Of a stretch of 64,000 nucleotides of DNA, positions 30,480-46,850 are shown in pieces; the first letter of the stretch is position 1; each line of letters begins with the position of its first letter. Position numbers and translations under genes: made by a program. The notes under the pieces are model-generated. The model did not search any database. It was not told where the DNA came from and worked only from the letters and a program-made list of their open reading frames with translations. Source of the DNA: Eledone cirrhosa (taxonomy: Eukaryota); assembly GCA_964016885.1 (NCBI GenBank), contig OZ024751.1:40858001-40922000 (forward strand), given 5' to 3'.

Positions 30480-30900
30480 GTGCAAGTGAGTGACAGATCA
30501 TTCCACAGACATGTGTACCCATAACGTAATTCTCAGGGAGATTCAGCATGACATATTGCTTGACAAGATTCGCTTTTGAATTACAGGTAAATTTCATCTT
30601 GTATATATATATACTGTAAGTGGCTAAACATTCCACAGACGTGTACCCATAAAGTAATTCTCAGGGAGATTCAGCATGACATATTGCTTCACAAGGTTGG
30701 TTTTTGAATTACAGGTAAATTTCATCTTGCATATACAGGGTGTGGCAAAATGATCTGATACATTTGTACGTTTAATAAAAGCGAAATAGAATAAATGTCA
30801 GATCATTTTCAGCTCATTTTGCCGCACCCTGTATATACTGTAAGTGGCTGAGCATTCTACAGGCACGTGTACCCATAATGTTATTCTCAGAAAGATTCAG
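30480..30900. repeat. Three tandem copies of a SINE body fragment
   Basis: cattccacagac..gtacccataa..ttctcagggagattcagcatgac repeated at about 30500, 30630 and 30855. Confidence 0.75.
30736..30831. mobile_element. Tc1/mariner-type MITE (96 bp) with TA target duplication
   Basis: TA-CAGGGTGTGGCAAAATGA...TCATTTTGCCGCACCCTG-TA terminal inverted repeats. The empty site is visible in the preceding tandem copy. Confidence 0.85.
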
Positions 30901-31435
30901 TATGGGGCGGGGGTCAATAAAATAAAATGCCATACTGGGGGTCACCGTAATTGACTATATGCTCAACCAAAATATAGATCTATATTGCTTCATATTTAAG
31001 GCGACGTATGGAAAACTCTATCACACTACAGACAAATACTTTATTGTATTTCGGAATTCTGAAAAACTCGTTGAAATGATTTCGCCTTGACTTTGCGATC
31101 CGCTTTCTATTCTTATTCTTACCATTTCATGTAATTTACGGTGTTAATGTCCTTGATAAAATAGAAACATCACAGAACTCAATTCCAGTCCACTATAAAT
31201 AATTGACTTCTTTTTCCATAGAAAAATCGATAATACTATTCAATCGATACAATACCATATAACTTCTATCCTTCCATTCTGTTATCCCATCACGATAAAA
31301 CAAACTTTCTTTAGAGTTGCTTGCATTCACGAAATTCTCTCTTAAACTGAACCTAAAAATAATTTCAGCCCGCTTCTTATAATCTCTTTTTTTTTTTTTT
31401 ACATGTTTACCCCCCCCCCCCCAAACCCCTGCTAA

Positions 31436-31752
31436 ATACCACTATTGATTTTAATTCACCATGTTTCTTTCTTGACATTATGACCAGAATCATAAAATCT
31501 CACCACCACTCCACACCAAACACCACCATTGGTTTTAATTCATCGTATTCCTTCTTGACGTTATGACCACAATCATACAATATCTCCACCATCTTGAACC
31601 AAACACCACCATTAAATCTAACTCAGCGTGTTTCCTTCTCGACATTAAGACCACAGACATAAAATCTCTCCACCATCTTGAACCAAACATCACCATTAAG
31701 TCTAATTCACCACGTTTCATTCTCGACATTAAGACCACAGTCATACAATCTA
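31436..31752. repeat. Tandem repeat of about 84 bp, about 3.7 copies
   Basis: caccattaaatctaa...cttgaaccaaacac with starts near 31440, 31525, 31607 and 31691. Confidence 0.8.
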
Positions 31753-32211
31753 TCAGATTTGTACACACTTTATAAATGGACTTCTTCAAAATATTTATAA
31801 ACTTGAAAGTATTAAGATTGTTTCTGAGGAAGACGATGAGATGAATCTGGAATATCGAGACTAGTAACATGTGATGGTATAACCACTATTAATTTATCAA
31901 TATATCGATTTGTCATGATCGACCAACCCTCTGAAACGATCGTAAAACAATAAACAGGAAAGTGTTAATTTATGTTTGTGTTTCGATTATATTGAATTAA
32001 ATTAGCCCAGAAAAATATAAATATGACCTTTCAAATGCTAAACTTGTATTAAAGATCGAATGCAAATAATTATATTTATCATGTCATATTTAGAATGATA
32101 TTTTATTTGTATTTAACAAAAAAACTAGATTAACAAAATTATAGTCTTTGAACAATGCGACATAGGGGCTTCATGCTTTGAATAGTTCTGCCACAAAAAG
32201 TCTGAAACAGA

Positions 32212-32508
<297 letters not shown>

Positions 32509-32575
32509 GCGTTAAAATAATATTTCTTCATTGTAATGTGTCGGTTTCTTTGTTATTTCTGTTTACTTTCTCTGA

Positions 32576-32614
<39 letters not shown>

Positions 32615-32754
32615 CATTTGTATGTAAATATGTATGTGCATCGATTAATGGGCGTTGGTGATAGTAGTAATAGAAGTAGATTTGTATGACTATAAAGAAT
32701 GGAATATTGCTCACATTGATATGTATGTATACATATATATACATATATATATAT

Positions 32755-32835
<81 letters not shown>

Positions 32836-33613
32836 AACACTTGTAGCCGCAGACAGTCATCATAGTTAACAAACGACAGCAGACACAACCGAATTTTGCC
32901 GCCATTGAAACCTGCTGCTACAATAGAGTTATTTTATGAATTTATTATTATTTTTGGAAAACGGAACCATCAATAGAACTATATTGAATGCCAATATATC
33001 GAGAAGAACCATTAAAATCTGATTTTTTTTTTCCATTAGTTTCCTGACCCATTTCTTACAGACATACTCAGAGTAGCCACTCAATATTCAGTTTATAGCC
33101 AGTGTATATATATAGACGTTTGGAATCTTTTAAATTTTATCTAGTTTTAATGACTTGCAAATTAAGATTGGACGATTAAATATGGATTAGGTTGTTTGAT
33201 ATTTATAAGAGAATATTTTGTTTGATGTTTATAACAGAATATTTTGATTAAGCAAATATCCCAAATTATGTCCTTGCTGGTGTTTAACGTATCTGTGTAA
33301 CGATCTCTTTTAAACTAAGATGAATAAGTAGCGTAACTGTGTTTTGAGGACTTAGTATCTCTTTTAATTTAAACAATCCAACACACATACACGTACTTAC
33401 ATACACACACACACACTGAGAGAGTGATAGAGAGAGAGAGAGGGAGAGCGAGAGGGAGTGGGAGAGAGGGGGAGGAAGAGTGGTATGTTTCTTCGAACAT
33501 GAGGAAGAGAAGCCAGTTTTAAGTAAATAATCAATACATGGTAGGTTTAATAAGTGTAGAATATATATTATATCCTCGCCTTTGACCCTTACAGAGAAAT
33601 CCTTATGGAGATG

Positions 33614-33672
<59 letters not shown>

Positions 33673-33758
33673 TAAAGTTAGTCCTTCATCAGTGATCTTC
33701 CAACCATCATTGGTATTTCATCGCTTTAATATATATATATATATATAGTGGTAGAACA

Positions 33759-33845
<87 letters not shown>

Positions 33846-33904
33846 GTAGAACACTTCTATATATATATATATTAAATCTCTCTCTCTCTATATATATATA
33901 TTAA

Positions 33905-34081
33905 ATCTATATTAAAACTTTTATACTCTGCTATGTATTGAGTAAGGTACTCCATACATAGCAGAGTATAAAAGTTTTAATATAGATGAGACTCTACAGG
34001 ACTAGAACTGTTTCATTCTTTAGAAATCATCAAAAGAATGAAACAGTTCTAGTCCTGTAGAGTCTCATCTATATTAAAACT

Positions 34082-34082
<1 letters not shown>
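33905..34082. mobile_element. Family C TA-embedded element with double fold-back
   Basis: Hairpin 33905-33987 overlaps hairpin 33974-34080. Both are built from the sequence of 45523-45662. Confidence 0.8.
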
Positions 34083-34161
<79 letters not shown>

Positions 34162-34291
34162 ATATTTATATATGTGCATATATATATGAATGTATATATA
34201 TATATATGCAGATATATAAGTATAAATATATATATGTGTATATATATATATATAGATGTGTATATTTATATGTATATCTATATATATACAA

Positions 34292-34329
<38 letters not shown>

Positions 34330-34478
34330 CGTTAGCCCCCCCCCCCCCCTCCGGTGTTTGCATAGCTACGGCTTCCTAAAACTGTATCAGGTGTGTGATG
34401 ATGGTATTGGTGGGACCCAGACCTCATTTTCAACACACAAACACACACATAAACACACGTACACACACATACACACAT

Positions 34479-34566
<88 letters not shown>

Positions 34567-35260
34567 GTGTGTGTGTAAAATTTAATATAGAAATGGCTCT
34601 TCTGCAGGACTAGAATTGTTTCATTGAAAAGATCAGGACCATATATATATATATAAAGTGTTAATCTCTCATATGAGAGCACGTGTTCATACACACACAA
34701 ATACCCCCCCCCCCCCCCCACACACACACACTCACATACACAGCTTATTAAGGTCAATAGTTTAATGTTCGTAGTACTTATATAAATAAAAATAGAATGT
34801 CTAAAGAGACTTTAATGTATTTTGATATATACGTAAATTAAAAATCTGCTGCTTACTATGTCGTAGTAGGGTATGAAAATATATTGAGGGAAACTGGTTT
34901 AAAATAAGATTTGGTCATATTTTCAATTAAACCAGTTCATCAAGGAATTTGAATGAATCTTGCATGATTTTCATATTCTGTAATTCATCGGAGCCATTGC
35001 TTTCCTGTATCTGACAGTTTGAAGGAAATCTCTCCTTCATTTTGTACTATCTTTTTTTTTTAGTTTTTGGTTTTGTTTTAATATTTACTATGTAAAACTG
35101 CTGCATGGCAATAACTTACGTTTTGTGAATATATAATGAAGAAGTTCAGCAATAATTTGACGTGGGGAGCAGATTCTAGAATATTTTATTTTAATATGTA
35201 TTTTGTATATGAGACAAAATGTCGACTGTGAGTTCGTATAACGTTGCATTCCTGCCTGTG

Positions 35261-35294
<34 letters not shown>

Positions 35295-35404
35295 GTTACT
35301 GACTTTTCGATATCAGACCATCACGGAATTCACCCCAAAATGACCTGCCTTGCGTGTCTACCTCCTTACAATCGCAGTTTCAAAGGGAATACTGAATCTA
35401 TCTG

Positions 35405-35465
<61 letters not shown>

Positions 35466-35523
35466 TTATCTATCTATCTACCTATCTATCACCTTCTCTC
35501 GCCCTTTCTCTCTCTATTTATCT

Positions 35524-35597
<74 letters not shown>

Positions 35598-35702
35598 AAA
35601 AAGAGAGAGGGAAGGAGAGAGAGAAGGTATATATATATATATTCCTAAGCGTGAAACTAATAAGACAGTGCTTTTAAATCTCTCTGTCTTATGTCTATTC
35701 TT

Positions 35703-35757
<55 letters not shown>

Positions 35758-36707
35758 TGGATTATAAATTTATTTATGGCAACAGACATTTATTGATGTT
35801 GTGACTCAATACCTAGTTGAAATATTTCTCTTCTATAAGGTGTTTGATCTTTTTTCTTTGTCTGTACGTGGAACGGTGAAATGAAATGGTGGATGAGACG
35901 TACGCTGACCACTAGAAATAAAGAGATAATCTTCAGCTTCATGATTCTCGATAAATTTCTTGACATAACCACATTAATGCAAGCAAAATGTCACAGCTCT
36001 CGCATCACTCCTTCATTGTCAGACTATGAAATTTTAAACCCACTCTAGTACGTATTAAATTCGTCATATAATTCTGAGGAAGTAACTAATACGAGAAAAT
36101 GGTGCTAAAGTCGCTTGTTTAAAATAGCTTTTTTACTCGTTAAAGCCAAAAAAATGCGGCCATATGGGGCATACGAAATTTACAATCGTGATTCCAGTAT
36201 ATTTGCAGCATTGTAAAAATCTAAAGCAACAAAGTCTTTTTTTTATTTTTTATTCAAATCTAGAAAGAATTTAGAGAGATATTTTAACTTTACTAAGCTC
36301 AGAGAAATATATGAACTTCTAGAAATTTTGGCAAATCTTTTAGAAATCTTAGCCGAATTTATGAGAGACAAATGAATTTAAATTAGAGTCGAAAGTTGAT
36401 CGCTAACTTGACTCACCGTATGTTACACACTATTGCACGACACTCCCCAGAAAATTTGATAACTCATGTGTTGATACCAAAAATATATAACTGAAATGAT
36501 AATATAAAAAATATATATTTGTCCATGTCGTAAAATCTGAGACTATCATTTTGATCTAAGTGAAGATCAAATAACTTTCCCGATCTCTAATCTAATGTGA
36601 TAAAATATACCGATATGCCTTCATCTTTTGATAAATTATAACAGCACCATAAATTGATGATAATGTTACCAGCAGAGAATTTTATCATGATTAATCAAAT
36701 CATAAAG

Positions 36708-36760
<53 letters not shown>

Positions 36761-36994
36761 CAAATAATATATACATATATTCATGCATATACTTGTATGT
36801 ATATATACATGCATATATATACATATATATATATATAAACATATATATATATGGGTGTGTATATATATATATATATACATACACACACACATATATATAT
36901 ATATTCACATATATATGCATATATATATGTGCATATATATGTATTTATATATGTATACATATATATATACACATATGGTTATATGTTTATATAT

Positions 36995-37100
<106 letters not shown>

Positions 37101-38027
37101 GTACATAAACACATACTCATACACACATACGTATATATATGTAGAGTGATGTATTGATTTATTGCAAAAATATATCTCGCCATTTTGTCTCTCTGATCTC
37201 CTTTGATAAATATAATCATTTCTAAGAGCCACTTGCAACATGGCGTCTTATTTGTCACGATAATCTCAACCTGAGAAAATAATAATATTACGTCCCTGAA
37301 ACATCGACTAATTTTCACATATAACTTGTAAGAAATGACAATCTTTAATGTCACATAATTTGCAATATGGCCACCCGTATTTTGTTCTGTTTGCTTATCG
37401 ATGATATCGAAATGTGGATATCTCATGGGAAATCGCACGAGAAATATCGATTTGTTGAAATATCGTTCTGTTGATATTGCGGATAACTCATTTCTTTCCT
37501 TAGAAAAATTGCACAACTACACGAAAAGGAAAAGTGTTATTTTAGCTATAGTATTGATCGGATGGCGGATGTCATACTGTGTCTGAAAGATTTCCTCTCA
37601 GTGAGTTCGTGATTCAGTTTTCATTTTCAATTGAAGCTATTTCATTTCATTTATCTTTAAATCTCGAATAACAACAAAAACATGTACAATATCTGACAAC
37701 ATGTTTCTTCTGTCCGCGAGCTTATATATAAAATACCATGCTATCTCACTTCTCTTAAATTTATCAGCCCCGCAGAAAATTCATGTAAAATATCTGGCAC
37801 CACGTTTCTGTCCTCCAGCTTATATATATATATAAAATACGGTGTCCTCTCATTTCTCTTAAATGTATAATACCCCCAGCAAAAGCATGTACAATATATG
37901 ATATCACGCTTGTTCTGTCTTCGAGCTTATATATAATCGATACTGATTTAGGCACAAGGCCAACAATTTTGGGGATGGGAAAGTCGATCAAACCAACCCC
38001 AAATCCTTTATATATATATATATATAT

Positions 38028-38287
38028 AATGCACCAGAGTACTCGATACTTTGGGTAGTAGAGTGAGTAATAGGAAAAGGTTCAGGACCCCGACGGCAGA
38101 GCTGAGTCCAGAACTAGCCGTCGAAACGGCTCGACCTCTGCCGTCGGGGTCCTGAACCTTTTCCTATTACCCACTCTACTACCCAAAGTATCGAGTACTC
38201 TGGTGCGTTATGGTCCACCTGGTTCAGTCCAGAAATAGCCGTCGAAACGGCTCGACCTCTGCCGTCGGGGTCCTGAACCTTTTCCTA
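38028..38287. mobile_element. Family A element: inverted plus tandem partial copies
   Basis: 38028-38100 is inverted relative to 38135-38210. The segment agtccaga..tagccgtcgaaacggctcgacctctgccgtcggggtcctgaaccttttccta is repeated directly at about 38105 and about 38226. Confidence 0.8.
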
Positions 38288-38623
38288 CACACATATATAT
38301 ATATATATGAGAATTTTACCCTTTCTCTCTACCTAAATACCGCCACTATATCTGTTATTAACTATATCTGTGCACTCTGAACGGCTGATTGCAACTGCAT
38401 GACTGTAATTCGGCAGAGTAAGCTAATTTTATGATATATATAATGAGGTGAGTCAGTAGATTTGTGGTGTACTAAGGAAGGTATCAATATTAATACTTTG
38501 TGCTTCAGCGGAGTGTATATATTAAGGAGAACAAAACGAGGTTTCGCATTGAGCTTTTTTATTGATTTGGCTATGAATATATCTTGGTCAGCCTACTAAC
38601 TTTTCAACCGACCCTTGTGTGTG

Positions 38624-38706
<83 letters not shown>

Positions 38707-39049
38707 TGAATAGGATAGGCTGTGGAGTTGCTAGTTAAGGTAGGCTTAAAATTGGAATGAGAGTAAGAAGAAAGCAAGAACGGGCGGCGGGGAGAGTTTT
38801 CCTCATCAGTTGCCTACTGGGGGTCTCGGATATTTCAACGCTTTAAAGACAATATATCTACCCCCAGAGCGATCAATAACTGGGTAAGTTATTGGGAAAA
38901 CGGAGGAGGAAGAGAAGGAAAATAGAAGGGAAAAGGGAAGAAAGGAGAAAACAGCGAAAAAACAACAACAAACCGAACAATGTGCGAGAAACTTAAGGTA
39001 AGAAAATCCAAGACCACAACGATATCTGAACTTAAATATATATATATAT

Positions 39050-40092
<1,043 letters not shown>

Positions 40093-40107
40093 GTGTGTGT
40101 GTGTGTT

Positions 40108-40375
40108 TAATAATATTGCCTGAATTAATAACAGAACACACTCACTGTTTGGTTGGTTTTCGCTTCTGTGTCTTTTATATCGGTTAATTTAATTTATTCG
40201 GTCCTCAATGTTGCCATTGACTGACCAACGGTAAAAAATACAGATACAATATAGACACAAACACATATATATAGTCTAACAAAGTTCTTTCGTTGCACAT
40301 CTGCAACATTATCAGTGGTGCTATTATGTTTCCTCCCGTTGTATTGTATGCCTACGTCATCTTTATTTAGTCTGT

Positions 40376-40410
<35 letters not shown>

Positions 40411-40615
40411 TTTGTCTTCTCTGCGCATGCGTTTGCGTGTGTGTATAGTGTTTTGTTTAATGTTGGTCAGTCAATGGTAACATTGAGGACCGAATAAATT
40501 AAATTAACCGATATAAAAGACACAGAAGCGAAAACCAACCAAACAGTGAGTGTGTTCTGTTATTAATTCTGGCAATATTATTACACAAATATGACCCTCC
40601 CCAAGTATAACAATA
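40108..40615. mobile_element. Family F element: inverted arms of about 122 bp enclosing a degenerate hammerhead
   Basis: 40108-40229 is inverted to 40462-40583. On the - strand, about 40278-40319 reads ACCA-CTGATAA-T-GTTGCA(GATG)TGCAAC-GAA-AGAACT. The tail atgaccctccc..agtataacaat is shared with 58077-58100. Confidence 0.7.
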
Positions 40616-40679
40616 TTTGTTTCGACACACGATTTCATATCAAAAACCTCGCAAAAATATATATATATAGACATACATA

Positions 40680-40781
<102 letters not shown>

Positions 40782-40951
40782 CATATATATATACCCTAAG
40801 TATTGAGTACTCTGGTGCGTTATGGTCCATCTGGTTCCTTACCACAACTTCTCCGTTATCTCTCTTTCTCACTCTCTCTCTATATATATATACATATATA
40901 TATATATACACATACATACCTATATACATACATATATATATATATACATAC

Positions 40952-40983
<32 letters not shown>

Positions 40984-41011
40984 TTCTATATATATATATA
41001 ATATATAATAT

Positions 41012-41278
41012 ATAAGAACAAAAGATGGTTAAAAGAGTTCCAAGTATTTTATTATGCGCATTTCAAAAACAAACATCATCATGCAATAATATTTGTGTTT
41101 TCATCAGATAAAACAAGAAGACATGATATGAAGGTTAAAAAGCACTTGTGGATAGTGCAGTTTTAAATCAACCATCTTTTGTTCTTATATATTATGTATA
41201 CTCCAGTCCTACAAACTGTAGAGTGCTTCTTATCCGATATCTGCATTGCTTTATTGTACTACAATAAAACTCACCTCC

Positions 41279-41282
<4 letters not shown>
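41012..41282. mobile_element. Family G TA-embedded element
   Basis: Short inverted arms tataagaacaaaagatggtt / aaccatcttttgttcttata. The terminus ...cacctcctacata(TA)n is shared, reversed, with 45171-45260. Confidence 0.75.
41047..41113 (-). ncRNA. Type I hammerhead ribozyme (family G)
   Basis: Reverse complement TTTTAT-CTGATGA-[AAACA..AATATTATTGCATGATGATGTT..TGTTTTT]-GAA-ATGCGCAT-A-ATAAAA, with a palindromic helix III. Confidence 0.8.
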
Positions 41283-41354
<72 letters not shown>

Positions 41355-41760
41355 GAATCTATGTATAAGTGAAATAGGTGGAATTATACATTTAAATTGA
41401 AATTGAATTTATTGTCTCTGATTTTGAATCCTATTATTTCCAAGAATGAGAGGAGGATAATACTGTCTTCCTTTATCATTAGAATATATCCCATTATCCC
41501 TCCTACTTCTCCTCTCATTCGATAAATCATTGCCTTATTCTATTTAGAATCATAATAGACTCACTATAGTTAGTTCCAGAAACTTCTGAATATAATTATT
41601 GTTAAACTCGATAATTGTGTTTAAACTTCATTTCAGAAACATCAAAGTTGCTCGAATTCGAATGAGATTTTTTTTTTTATCGGATTTTGTTGGAAAGAGA
41701 TTAAAATTTCGATATTTCCTCACTTCCGAATACACGTTTACACACAAATCATTCTTACCA

Positions 41761-41850
<90 letters not shown>

Positions 41851-42884
41851 CCTCTGCCTATGTCTCTATCTGTCTGACTCTCTCTATCTCTCCCTCTGCC
41901 TATCTTTGTTTGACTGTCTCTCGTTCTACTTCTCTAATACTTCTCTAATACAGACATACTATTACACTTTATCTCTCTCTCTCTCGCTCTCTGTCTCTGT
42001 CTCTCTCTCTCTCTCTCTCTCTCCCTACGTCTGTAATACACACACATACTCTCACTCTTTCTTTCTTTCTCTCCCTCTACATCTCTAAAACACAAACCTT
42101 CTCACTCACCTCCTGTCTATATCTCTCAATTTCTCTCTCACCTCTCTCTCTGTCTATCTCCCCTCCCCTCTCTCTGTCTATCTATCCCCTCAGCCCTCTC
42201 TCTGTCTACCACCCTCTCTATCTGTCTCTCTCCTCTTCCACATTTCTAATACACACACACACACACACACACATCCAGTTACCCGGCCAGCCCTTGTCTC
42301 TGTCTAACTGTCTCTCGTTGTCTCTTTATCTTTCGTTCTGCCTCTCTCATACACACACACACTCCCACTCACTCAATCTCTCACTCTCTCTCTCACTCAC
42401 ACACTCTCCTTCTCTCTCATTAAATATTTCTTTCTCTTTAATTTGATTAGTATTTACCTTAATGACTTCCTACCATATTTAAAGTATTGCCATTAGAACA
42501 GAACAATGTAAAATCTATTTCATTGATTTCTAAATAAAATTATTCTATTACATACAATCGTTGGTTTCTTCCGCGCATCCTTCCAAAGCAATTGACTTTT
42601 ATTTGACATAATTGAACAAATTGTTCCGTATAAAGCAAATATCTTACATTTAAATTGAAGAGAGAGGGGTAGAGGGAGAGGGAAAGAGGAAGAGTGAGAG
42701 AGAGAGGGGGAGGGAGAGAAGGGGAGGGAGAGGGAGAGGGATATATTCTCAGTAAATATTATTAATGTATTGTATTATGGAATAGATACTCGGCAAGTCG
42801 GAGATGAAAGATTGGTCAACCAATGACCACAGAATATCCAGGTCTTGTTATGTAAGAACCGCCATACTGCAACCATGTTACATT

Positions 42885-43243
42885 CATGGTGAGATCTTGT
42901 GCGACCTTCATGGAGGAAGCTTATGCGACCTTCATGGAGCGATCTTGTCCGACCTTTATGGAGGGATCTTGTCCGACCTTTATGGGGGAATCTTGTGCGA
43001 CCTTCATGGAGAGATCTTGTGCAGCATACATGGAGGGACCTCGTGCGACCTTCATGGAGGGTTCTTGTGCGATTTTCATGGAGGAATCTTATGCAACCTG
43101 CATGGAAGGATCTCGTGCGACCTTCATGGAGGATCTTGTGCGACCTCCATGGAGTATCCTGTGCAGCATCCATGGAGGGACTTTGTGCGACCTACATGTA
43201 GGGACCTTGTGCAACCTCCATGGAGAGATTTTGTGCAACCTTC
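42885..43243. repeat. 24-bp minisatellite, about 15 copies
   Basis: Unit atggagggatcttgtgcgaccttc. It produces the 8-aa periodic pseudo-ORFs and abuts a SINE head fragment (43243-43316, - strand). Confidence 0.9.
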
Positions 43244-43466
43244 AGAACTCAGAACATAAAGGGACGTAACTACATGCCGCAAAGTATGTTGTCCGACACT
43301 CTACCGATACTGCCAAATGATAATATAATGCGAATGTATGCATGTATGCATGTGCGTATGTATGTATGTATATATGTATGTATGCTTGTGTGTATGTATG
43401 TATAGATGTATGTATGCTTGTGTGTATGTAAGAAAGAGAGATGGAGAAAGAGCAAGAGAGTGCAAG

Positions 43467-43512
<46 letters not shown>

Positions 43513-43749
43513 AAATATGTTTGAATATTTATATATACATGAAAGTTTGTGTAAAGTAGAGATGCATTAATATATATGGGAGAAGGGGGGAGGAGATGGT
43601 TAGAAGAGGTTGAGGGGTAGTAGGAGGTGGTGGTTAGAAGAGGTTGAGGTGCAGGAGGAGGTGGTGGTTAGAGGAGGTTGGGGTGCAGTGGAACAGATGT
43701 GTTATGGATGACTCCGGCTATAAGAATGGAGTAAAGATTCAATTTAGTT

Positions 43750-43760
43750 ATGATGATGGC

Positions 43761-43798
<38 letters not shown>

Positions 43799-43876
43799 CG
43801 ATGATGATGATAAGGATGAGGTGGAGGGGGATGATAATGACGATGAAGACGATGATGGTGATCATGACAACGATGT

Positions 43877-43907
<31 letters not shown>

Positions 43908-43955
43908 GATGACGACGATGATGATGATGATGATGATGATGATGACGACAATGAC

Positions 43956-43989
<34 letters not shown>

Positions 43990-44179
43990 GTGGTGATGGT
44001 GATGATGGTGATGGTGGTGATGGTGATGATGATGATGATGATGATGGTGATGACGACGATGGTGATGATGACAATGACGATGATGATGATGATGATGATG
44101 GTGATGGTGATGGTGGTGATGGTGATGATGATGATGATGATGATGATGATGACGATGATGGTGATCATGACAACGATGT

Positions 44180-44210
<31 letters not shown>

Positions 44211-44273
44211 GATGATGACGACGACGATGATGATGATGATGATGATGATGATGACGACAATGACGATGATGAC

Positions 44274-44313
<40 letters not shown>

Positions 44314-44404
44314 GTGATGATGACGATGGTGATGACGACAATGACGATGATGATGATGATGGTGATGGTGATGGTGATGGTGGTGATGGTGATGATGATG
44401 ATGA
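43750..44404. repeat. Imperfect (GAT)n array with an internal duplication of about 300 bp
   Basis: The marker ggtgatcatgacaacgatgttgat occurs at about 43857 and about 44160. Confidence 0.9.
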
Positions 44405-44578
44405 GTCAATGATGGCGACGATGACAACGAGGTGACATATGCTGTCTAAAGCTGAGTCACCCCCTCAGTGTTGTAGGTGTCGACCTCAGAAGCCGACCTC
44501 ATCATTTTCACCAATTATTCATGAATATGTATGATATAAGTACGGAGAGTGTGTACAGATGTACTTACCATTTCTTGC

Positions 44579-44691
<113 letters not shown>

Positions 44692-44694
44692 TGC

Positions 44695-45114
44695 AAAAGT
44701 TCTTTTAAAATTGTTGGGATACAACAAGCATATATTTTTATAACAGATATAAAGCACTCAACAAGTATTTGGAGTAAAAATACGATATTAACAAATGGAA
44801 ACTATATTTATAAAACCATATTTATTTCATTATACATATTTCAAGGACACCACTTTAAATTATGGTGTGCTTTCATCAGACAAAATACAATATAGATCAG
44901 TTTTATAAATAAATATTGACATACCCTTAAAAAATGCAACCATTACTGTTGGAAGCTCCAGGATATTTTAAGGGTATGTCAGTATTTATTTATAAAACTG
45001 ATATATATTGTATTTTGTCTGATGAAAGCACACCATAATTTAACGTGGTGTCCTTGAAATATGTATAATGAAATAAATATGGTTTTATAAATATAGTTTC
45101 CATTTGTTAATATC

Positions 45115-45117
<3 letters not shown>
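44695..45117. mobile_element. Family B TA-embedded element with inverted arms of about 155 bp
   Basis: 44781-44935 is inverted to about 44963-45117. The left extension matches the reverse complement of 4710-4808. Confidence 0.85.
45011..45075 (+). ncRNA. Type I hammerhead ribozyme (family B); mirror copy on - strand at 44823-44887
   Basis: TATTTTGT-CTGATGA-AAG C ACACCAT(AATTTAAC)GTGGTGT C CTT-GAA-ATATGTAT-A-ATGAAATA. Helix I is 8 bp including two G-U pairs. Confidence 0.8.
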
Positions 45118-45170
<53 letters not shown>

Positions 45171-45173
<3 letters not shown>

Positions 45174-45398
45174 GGAGGTGAGTTTTATTGTAGCACAATA
45201 AAGCAATGCAAATATCGGATAAGTAGCACTCAACAGTTTATAGGACTGGAGTATAAATAATATAAGATCAAAAGATGGTTAAATGAGTTCCATGTATTTT
45301 ATTATGCGCATTTCAAAAACAAATATCATCCCATGATGATATTTGTTTTTGAAATGCGCATAATAAAATACATGGAACTCATTTAACCATTTTTTGAT

Positions 45399-45404
<6 letters not shown>
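45171..45404. mobile_element. Family G element with fold-back centred in hammerhead helix II
   Basis: 45261-45330 is inverted to about 45335-45404. It contains GAA-ATGCGCAT-A but lacks CTGANGA. Confidence 0.75.
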
Positions 45405-45780
<376 letters not shown>

Positions 45781-46021
45781 TATATTATATATATATATAT
45801 ATTATATTATATTATATATATATATATATTATATTATATATACTTGTGCCTAAAGTAGAAACAATTATATATATATATATATATATATTATATTATATAT
45901 ATATATATTATATATATATATAAATATATATATATATATTATATTATATATATTATATATTATATATATATATATATGTTTGTATATATATACATATATA
46001 CATATATGTTTCTATATATAT

Positions 46022-46139
<118 letters not shown>

Positions 46140-46191
46140 GTGAGAAAAACCACAGATGTGAGAAAAACCACAGACCCTCCATCTCAACTCA

Positions 46192-46229
46192 CCTTTTGAA
46201 AAGCAGAAGAACTGCGAAACCGGTAAAGG
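46192..46229 (+). ncRNA. Minimal type I hammerhead ribozyme, U3:A8 variant (family D, element 46138-46367)
   Basis: Identical motif to 39408-39445. Confidence 0.75.
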
Positions 46230-46359
46230 AACCAAATAAATATATATATTTAAAAAAAAAATAAGACTCCAGTTGCATTTTCGATTTCATCTCTTTTTCT
46301 TTATACTTTCACTCGTGTAGGACACCTCGGTTATTTTTCATTTTGTAAAAAAACCTCAC

Positions 46360-46432
<73 letters not shown>

Positions 46433-46663
46433 TTTTATGTATCTCTTGCAGATGGCTTTCGAGGTATCTGGTATTTTTCAATTTTCTCTTTTAATAATTT
46501 CAAGTTCACCGAATATCACTGGTATTGTACAGGCTTTAAGATGCCACATGTTCTCAATAAATTGAAATAGATCTCATTATTATAATTTTTATAAAGTACC
46601 AGTAATGCACTGGGTATTTGCTGGCCTTGTGCCTAAAGTAGAAACAATTATTATAATTTTTAT

Positions 46664-46850
46664 TGAATTGGCAGTATCAGTAGAGGGTCGGACGCCATGC
46701 TTTGACGCATTGAGTTACGGCCCTTGATATTCTGAGTTCAAATCCCGCCGAGGTTAACTTTGCCTTTCATCCTTACGGGGTCGATAAAATAAAGTACCAG
46801 TAATGTACTGGGTAATTGCTGGCCTTGTGCCTAAAGTAGAAACAATTATT
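46664..46850 (+). mobile_element. Meta-like SINE, near full length, preceded by a duplicated tail (46593-46652)
   Basis: A box, B box GAGTTCAAATCC, core and tail. Confidence 0.85.

Noticed and set aside
33670-33730. CTGATGA on the - strand between TA tracts
   Set aside because: It is truncated by (TA)n before any GAAA or helix III, so it cannot be called.
38790-38840. CTGATGA and GAAATATC motifs on the - strand in a TA-flanked insert
   Set aside because: The helices cannot be assembled into a type I, II or III hammerhead. At most a truncated remnant.
42775-43269. Repetitive ORFs (SCATFMEG / LHGGILCD)
   Set aside because: These come from a 24-bp minisatellite that is open in multiple frames on both strands.
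43644-44435. 263-aa poly-Asp ORF (resembling acidic biomineral proteins)
   Set aside because: It is a (GAT)n microsatellite open in several frames, with a non-ATG start, no signal peptide and no splice support.
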